Shown here piece by piece: positions 55,942-64,000 of a stretch of 64,000 nt of DNA. The stretch covers positions 4,464,001-4,528,000 of the forward strand of contig OX597830.1 of NCBI GenBank assembly GCA_951406725.2, given 5' to 3'. The notes below the pieces were generated by a model. That model worked only from the letters and a program-made list of their open reading frames with translations. It was not told the origin of the DNA and ran no database searches. Both the position numbers and the translations under genes were made by a program. Position 1 is the first letter of the stretch. Every line of letters starts with the position of its first letter. The stretch comes from Octopus vulgaris. Lineage: Eukaryota.

Positions 55942-56467
55942 GTAAGTTTGATATTATCTTCTTACACTTTGATTTTTAATCAACTTCTACTGTTTTTCAT
56001 GCTTTCTTTTTTTCTTTAATTTCCTCGTTTCTTTCTGTTTCTGTTATCTTTTTATATCTGAAATTCCTCCAAATTTGCAGCTAATCAATTTGACATGGAA
56101 GTTTGATGCTAAAATAACTTCAAACCTTTGGCTCAGATGAACTAACAGTCAGGATTTCTTCCAAGGAAATTCAAAATGCTAAAGATTGTTATCTGTTTTG
56201 TAAATTTCTTTAGAGTAGGGGAATGTAATAACCCTACAGTCATATCCACTATATTTACACACATTGCAAAAGTTAATTTTGTGAGGGTCTGTGTTTTAAT
56301 TACATTCTATTTCTTGTTGCATGTATTTGCCTTTATGGCACCGGTCTGACAATGGTTCCTCTTCTCAGAGAACTAAAATTTTAAAGAATCCATCAACATC
56401 ACTGTCATATCTATAGTCATTGACCTTATCCATTTCGTGACCATGTTTCTAACAATATTTATTGATT

Positions 56468-56847
56468 CATAAAGGTGGCGAGCTGGCAAAAATGTTAGCA
56501 TGCCGGGTGAAATGCTTAGCGGTATTTTGTCTGCCGTTACATTGTGAGTTCAAATTCCACCAAGGTCGACTTTGCCTTTCATCTTTTGGGGTCGATAAAT
56601 TAAGTACCAGTTACGCACTGGGGTTGATGTAATTGACTTAATCCGTTTGTCTGTCCTTGTTTGTCCACTCTATATTTAGCCCCTTGTGGGTAGTAAAGAA
56701 ATAGGTATTTTGTCTAAGTTCAAATTCCACTGAGGTCAACTTTGCCTTTCATCCTTTCAGAGTTGATAGATTAAGTACTGGTTGCATACTGGGGTCGATC
56801 TAATTGACTCCCCCAAAATTTCGGGCCTTGTGCCTAGAATAGAAAAG
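56468..56847 (+). mobile_element. Dimeric SINE family B with 14-bp TSD
   Basis: TSD AATATTTATTGATT at 56454-56467 and 56848-56861; the two halves end in different tails. Confidence 0.88.
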
Positions 56848-57409
56848 AATATTTATTGATTTATGTCTTTCAATTAATTTTCGAAATTATCAAAACATTT
56901 TTAAAGATTTAGGGGAATATATTTCTATATCAAACTGGTGTTCAGAGCAGAACTTTACCGAACTAGTCTGACATAATATTACAGCAGAGTGTGTTAAATG
57001 TAGACTCTTGAACAACAGGAAATTTGATGCAATCAAAGGTGGTGTCTGGATGACTCGTATCAAAACAGATTGAGGTAAATTTGGTAGGAATTAATCAGGA
57101 GAAGGAAGCTCTTGTGAAATACAGTCCCTGGAATAGTTTGATGGTTAAGGGGATTCAGTTGAGAGTTGTTGATATGTGGGAGGTGACTGGAGGTGGGGGC
57201 CGATTCTGTTAAGTAAGAAAGAGATGAAAGAATTTCTGTTTCCATGAATGATAAAAAACAAAACAAAAACAATAGTTTATATGATGAATATTTAAATGTG
57301 ATATTGCAAAGGTATGGAGACATGGATGCTGAATGGGAAATATTTGTGAAGGTTGGTGAGATCTGAGGCCAGCATCATCCACTGGATATGTAATGTTAAC
57401 TTTTATGGT

Positions 57410-57645
57410 TAGTCCACATTCTTCCGTAAGGAGTATGAGACCAGTTTCATGGTGTCTCTGGTGCATGAATATTCCTCCCTGGATGAGACACCGATCCATT
57501 GAAGGATTACTCATTTTTGTTTATGAGCTGAGTGGACTGGAACAACATGAAGTGTTTTACTCAAGAACACAAAACATCACCCAGTCTTGGAATCGAAACC
57601 ACAATCTTATGATCATGAGTCCAACACTATGCCATGGACCTCCAC
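57410..57645 (-). mobile_element. Decayed tRNA-derived SINE with CORE/V-like segments
   Basis: Reverse reads GGTTTCGATTCC (B box), TGTGTTCTTGAGTAAAACACTT, AATGGATCGGTGTCTCATCCAGGG. Confidence 0.6.
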
Positions 57646-58104
57646 AATTTTAGCCTTTATATGAAGCCTAAGTACAAGCAACTGAAAGAATGCTGAAGAG
57701 GGAACCGTTTTGTTGAGAGGAGGATCTTGTGAAGCAAACAGGTGGTAAGAATTTGAGGAAAGATTCTGTGTGTGCCATCGATGGAGTTTGGAGGCATCAC
57801 CAAGTTCAGTTCACATCATTATTAAAACCTCTTGGAATTTTCCCTTGCAATTTGCAGAATTTAATATGACCGTACTTTGAAGACTGATTCCACTAAAATA
57901 TTTGGTTTATAATTTAATTTTCATTTGAACACCTGAGATTCATTCCCCTCATTAAAATATTTTTTGTACCATCATTTAAACAGAGTTTGTTCGTTAACAC
58001 AAGTGATTAGTAATAAAATGAGCACAACAAAGAAAAAACAGACAAAATAGGTTTTTTAAAGAGGCATTAATCTGATAATGAGATGAGCCAAAAAGGGATT
58101 CTCT

Positions 58105-58293
58105 ATAATAGTCATTCAACCTGCTAGAAATAGCATGCAAATCCCTCTACTGCTACAGTAAATAACTAAAGAAGGACACATTGGACAGTGTAGTCCCTGA
58201 AGCCTGGAAAGACGGTGGTCATTGCTGAAATGCATTTGGTCACAGTCATAAGCATGCTCAGTTGTGACATGCCTGGGTGTAAACAACAACAAC
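58105..58293 (+). mobile_element. Repeat family with (AAC)n tail and ACCTGCTAGAAATAGCA motif
   Basis: Related pieces at ~21836-21870(-), ~34085-34120, ~52725-52925. Confidence 0.55.
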
Positions 58294-58668
58294 TTGCTAC
58301 CAATTATGGATGCAACACCAACCACACCGTTGCTATGAAATCTATATGAAATATTGCTTAAGTCTGTTAATGTAATCACACAATAAGAACGTTTGAAACT
58401 TCAAGAAAGCAAAAATAATTGAATTTGGAATTCTTTGATGGCAAAAAATTTGGATCTTTAGTTAAAAAAAACAATATATTGGTACAGGAATAACGGTATG
58501 GTTACTTTGCAACCATTTGGTTTCAGGTTCAAACTCACTTTGCTGCACTTCAAATGTCTTCTATAACAGCCCCAGGATGATAAATACTTTTTGAGTGAAT
58601 TTGCTAGGTGGAAACTGTGGGTAAGCCCATATGTGTATGTATGTAGATATATATATATATGTCTCTCA

Positions 58669-58727
<59 letters not shown>

Positions 58728-58893
58728 ATTATTTATCTAGAAATACAAAATATATATATATATATATATAAAAATATGAAAATATATATAAATATTTTAT
58801 AATCAAGACCCCACTGTACGATACACAGATGCATGTAATGCTAAAGGGTGTGTACCTGATTGATTGGGAAATTTATTTTTTCTCATTATTCAA

Positions 58894-58947
<54 letters not shown>

Positions 58948-59122
58948 GAGTTTAGCATATATAGTTGAGGGTTTATATTTATAATTATAAAAAACTTTTT
59001 GCATAAGTTTTTACTGATAGTGGTTTTTTCCATACTGAAGCTACTTGGTAAAATTTATTAATTATTAAATTAATAATTCTTTACCCTATATCTGTAATGA
59101 TATATATATATATATATATATA

Positions 59123-59315
59123 GGGAGAGTTTACGAAAAAAACAAAAGACGAAGACAGGTGGTGTACAAAACAAACAAATGCATTAGTATAATGCACAAG
59201 AATAGAAAAAGTCTTTTACGTTTTGAGCCTACGCTCTTCTACAGAAAGGGACAGAGAAAAAACAAGGAGAGAAAAAGTGTGTGTGGTGGCCAACGATCTA
59301 TCATGTGTGTGACAG
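59123..59315 (-). mobile_element. Penelope-like pLTR/retrozyme unit with hammerhead variant at 59213-59248
   Basis: Minus strand: CUUU-CUGUAGA-A-GAGC-GUAG-GCUC-AAAAC-GUA-AAAG; flanked by (TA)n. Confidence 0.75.
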
Positions 59316-59363
59316 TATATATATATATATGTTTATATAAGTGTGTGCATGTGTCAATATGAT

Positions 59364-59396
<33 letters not shown>

Positions 59397-59976
59397 TGAC
59401 ACGTGTGTATATAAATATAGACACATACATACCAATGCTTATTTTATTGAAACCAGAGTGTAGATGATATTTTATGTAATAGTAGCTATACGGTGAGTGT
59501 ATTGAACAAAACTGTTTGTAGTTTCAGAGACAAGAGCAAAGCAGACGTGTGTCTCATTGACCTTCCTGCTTGCTTTGCTTCATTTTGCAACACTTCAGCA
59601 AGAATTATGTCTTTAGGGGGTCACAATTAAATTGTTGAAGAATTTAACCTAAATTAAAATTATCATATTTTAGCAGTTTTACACCTATTTCTCTCTGTAG
59701 TAATTACTTTAGCTTTCATTATTTGAACACTTTTTTTCCTTTCTCCTTTTATGAGATATTCTAAACTTAAGATAATTTGACTAATCCAAAATGTGATTAA
59801 TGAACGTGCACTAATGTGTTAATTGTCACTTCCATTGATTGACAATACCTTCCTTCAGCAAAATCCAATTTACTTAATGTCATAAAAGTGAAGATATCAT
59901 TATACTAAAATAATAAGGTCAGGGAAAGAAACAAAGTTAATTTAGCAAAGATATGTATGTATGCATATATGTGTGC

Positions 59977-60045
<69 letters not shown>

Positions 60046-60078
60046 TATACATATATATACACACATATATGCAGGCAC

Positions 60079-60124
<46 letters not shown>

Positions 60125-60447
60125 ATATATATATGTATGTATATGTGTCTGCATGCCTGATGTAGACACTATCTGGAAATGTAATGAAATAGATACACGT
60201 TGTTTTTTACCTGAAACTTCTTTTTTTTTCCATGTCAATAACGAGAGCTAAATACTGATACATGACAACTAAATAAATGGAAAAAGATCAGTCATCTCAC
60301 TAATTAGTATTATGGAAGAATGAAAAAGTGGGATTGTAATCTATAGCATCGTTTCTGCTTTGTTTTTGTTTTTTGTCTTTGAGATTCAACATATTTCGGT
60401 TTAATTTGTTTCCTACATTAACTCACCTTACACCTTTATTTTTTTAT

Positions 60448-61160
60448 CTTTTACATGTTTCAGTCATTAGGCTGTGGCCATGCTGGGGCACAGCTTTAAA
60501 GTATTTCAGTCAAATGAATTGACCCCAGGACTTTTTCTCTTCTTAGGCCTGGTACATATTCTATCGGTTGCTTTTGCTGAACCACTAAGTGACAGGAACA
60601 TAAACACCAGTTGTCAAATGGTGATGGGGTACTGACACAGACACACACACACACACACATATATATGACAGGCTTCTTTCAGTTTCCATCTACCAAATCC
60701 ATTCACAAGATTTGGGTTAGTCTGAGGCAATAGCGAAAGGTGTCGTGTAGTGGGTTTGAACCTAGAACTGTGTGGTTGGAAAGTAAACTTCTTATCACAT
60801 AGCCATACTTTATTTATTTATCCTTTACTCATTTTATTTGTTTCAGTCATTTGACTGCAGCCATGCTGAAACACTGCCTTTAGTTGAATAAATCAACCCC
60901 AGGACTTATTCAATCAGTCTCTTTTGCCGAACCGCTAAATTATGGGGATGTAAATACACCAGCATCATTTGCAAAGTAATGGTGGGGGACAGACACATAA
61001 ACACACACACATATGACTGGCTTCTTTTAGTTTCTGTCTACCAAATCTGCTCACAAGGCTTTGGTCGGCCTGAGGCTATAGCAAAAGACACTTGCCCAAA
61101 GTGGGACTGAACCTGGAACCATGTGGTTGGTAAGCAAGCTACTTACCGCACAGCCACTCA
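60448..61160 (-). mobile_element. Two tandem SINE family A copies (60448-60810, 60827-61160)
   Basis: Each runs from TGTTTCAGTCATT to CTTA(T/C)C(A/G)CA(T/C)AGCCA. Confidence 0.85.
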
Positions 61161-61749
61161 TTTAATTTTTTTTTGTTTTTGTTTCTGCAAGTGCTGTTTT
61201 TATGGTTTTATTAGGTGTCGATAGTAACAGATGCGATGCAAACTTCAATGGCCACAGCCCAGTATTTATATGAAAAGGTGTCTGATGACAAAATGCCATG
61301 TATAATAACATCCACATCATGGACTGCTACTACCACAAATGAGAACCACCACATCACAGACCACACCACTTTACAGCTCAGTACACATAAGACACACAGC
61401 ATGACTGACCCCAAAAATTAATAGCCCCTACTTTACAGTTCAATACACACAACAGATGCAACATGCATCTTCACAATTTCACAGAAACCGATCCTTTCCT
61501 TAATTTTTATTTTTCCAAAACATTAAATTTCAACATTGAATTCACTCAAATTTCAGGTCAGCATTTTAAGCAATTGCACTCCCTGTTTTTGCCGTTTCTT
61601 ATTCCTCTTTGGTCAATTTATTCATTCATTTATTTTTCCATGTCTTTGCCAACTTTAAATACTTTAATACTAAATATTTCAGCCATTTCATTTCTCATCA
61701 AAATTTTCCTTTGAGAGATTGTTTGTTTGTTACTCCTCAAATCACCAGC

Positions 61750-62200
<451 letters not shown>

Positions 62201-62481
62201 TACACAAAAAAAAGGAAGAAAGAAAAAAAAACCTGAAACAAAACCAACAGAAACATCCTGAGTTTTTCTAAGAGTTACAGCTTTGATTGACATGTTTTTT
62301 TTTGTATAAAAGTAGATAGATTAGCGTTTGACAGTTTTAGGTGTGGTAAATATCCCTCTGGATATTATGTAATCCAATCAGGATTATCTGTACTCTATAT
62401 GCTGGCTATATCTCTTCTCTGTGGTTTAACATTGAAACACAATAATGTCTATGTGTGCACATGTGCGTGTGTGTGCGTGTG

Positions 62482-62519
<38 letters not shown>

Positions 62520-63387
62520 CTTGTAAATTATACTAATAGAAGTTCTATGGTTTCAATATATTTTTCCTTGTGTCATGTTACTAAAGAACCAAGTAAATGT
62601 TTGGAAGCAAACACTAATGATTTATATGTTGAGTAGAATTTCTGAAATTCCTCTTTCATTGATTTATTGAGGAATAAATGTTTTATTTTTTCATCTTTTT
62701 TTATACTATATTTTATATACATACATATATATGTGTGTGTGTATATATATATTATTTATTTTTTAGCAATTTAGTTACTTTTGTCTAAACCATTGTGGTT
62801 GCGATCAACCAAACAATATTGTTGAGAGATATTCCAGAGGATTAGGTATCAGGAATGTTCTAAAAATGCTCTAATTTCGAATAATCACAATGAAAAATAA
62901 AAGGATAAAAAAAAACAAGTGTCCCCACCCTGACTTCTTTTCCCATCAAGATTATAGCTGTTGAAATATTCAAATATATTTTCTTTCATGGAACGAATGG
63001 AATAATATATTTACAGTTCCCTCAGATTTCATACAAACTCACAGAAAAACACTGTTTCCATCAGAGATTTAAACAAAATGATAAACCATTCTGTTATTTT
63101 ATTTTATTTTTCTGATAAGGCTATTGATTATTGAATTGCACCCACTCTGCTATTCAAATTTATGTTATTGATCTTTTAGAAATGAAATCCAAAATCAAAA
63201 TCCACTGGGTTTGAATGCACAACAGCGGAGAATTGGATCATTTGCTGATCTATTTCATATCAATTTACATTTCAATCAGTTGAAACGCAATTCAATTACA
63301 CAGCTACGCATTAAGCAAGGTTCATAAGTCTCATTCTGTTTCAATGTACCTAGCTGCATGTATGCATGAGTATGCACACATGCCCAG

Positions 63388-63424
<37 letters not shown>

Positions 63425-63425
<1 letters not shown>

Positions 63426-63811
63426 GTTTAAATATTTGTTGTGCAAGATTTTTTATGTGAAGTCGTGTGTTGAAACAGATATTGTTATATTTCGGAATGG
63501 TCATATTGCCAGTTTAGCCAATAAAAACACACGCACTATATATTTGGTGTTATTTTGCTTCAGTGATATTGCGCAAATGAAGACATACAATAGAAATACA
63601 AAATGGCTGACGGTTAGTAAGGAGAGACACAAGTAAGTGAGAAGAAAACAAAGGACCACTGATGCGGTCACAGGAGTGTGACGAAAGAACTTTGGCCGAA
63701 ATAAGATTAAGATTAATGTAAAAAATAAATATCACTGAAGCAAAATAACACCAAATATATAGTGCGTGTGTTTTTATTGGCTAAACTGGCAATATGACCA
63801 TTCCGAAATAT

Positions 63812-63819
<8 letters not shown>
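63425..63819 (+). mobile_element. Young (TA)n-embedded element with perfect 92-bp inverted arms flanking a hammerhead-like motif
   Basis: 63479-63570 is the exact reverse complement of 63728-63819. Confidence 0.85.
63653..63697 (+). ncRNA. Hammerhead-like motif with A9C core variant
   Basis: GGACCA-CUGAUGC-G-GUCACA-GGAG-UGUGAC-GAAA-G-AA-CUU-UGGCC. Confidence 0.65.
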
Positions 63820-63842
<23 letters not shown>

Positions 63843-64000
63843 CATGCATATCATTATCCATATCATTATCATCATCATAGATTGATAGATATGTGTGTGT
63901 AATTACAAAATTTACTTCACAAACACATAGCTTTACGTTCAGCCACCCTGCATGTCATTTTGTGCATGTGTCTTCAACTACAGACTCAGGGTAACAAAAG

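Overview
AT-rich, microsatellite-saturated eukaryotic non-coding DNA. The repeat content (three abundant SINE-like families, (TA)n/(TG)n/(TATG)n tracts) strongly suggests an octopus (coleoid cephalopod) genome; this is recognition, not a database result. No intact protein-coding gene is visible and almost all ORFs in the track are microsatellite read-throughs. Recognisable elements are many SINE copies, three LINE remnants (a CR1 3' end, a CR1/L2-group 3' end, an RTE RT core fragment), hAT- and piggyBac-type MITEs and a Helentron-like element. One plausible spliced exon with a start codon lies at 55808-55941. The main result is about ten type-I hammerhead ribozyme (HHR) motifs from at least six different sequence families. 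They sit in short non-coding elements mostly inserted in (TA)n tracts, several with inverted terminal duplications and one with a partial-tandem ~590-nt unit. This is the architecture of non-autonomous Penelope-like elements (PLEs)/retrozymes. All folds and alignments were done by eye.
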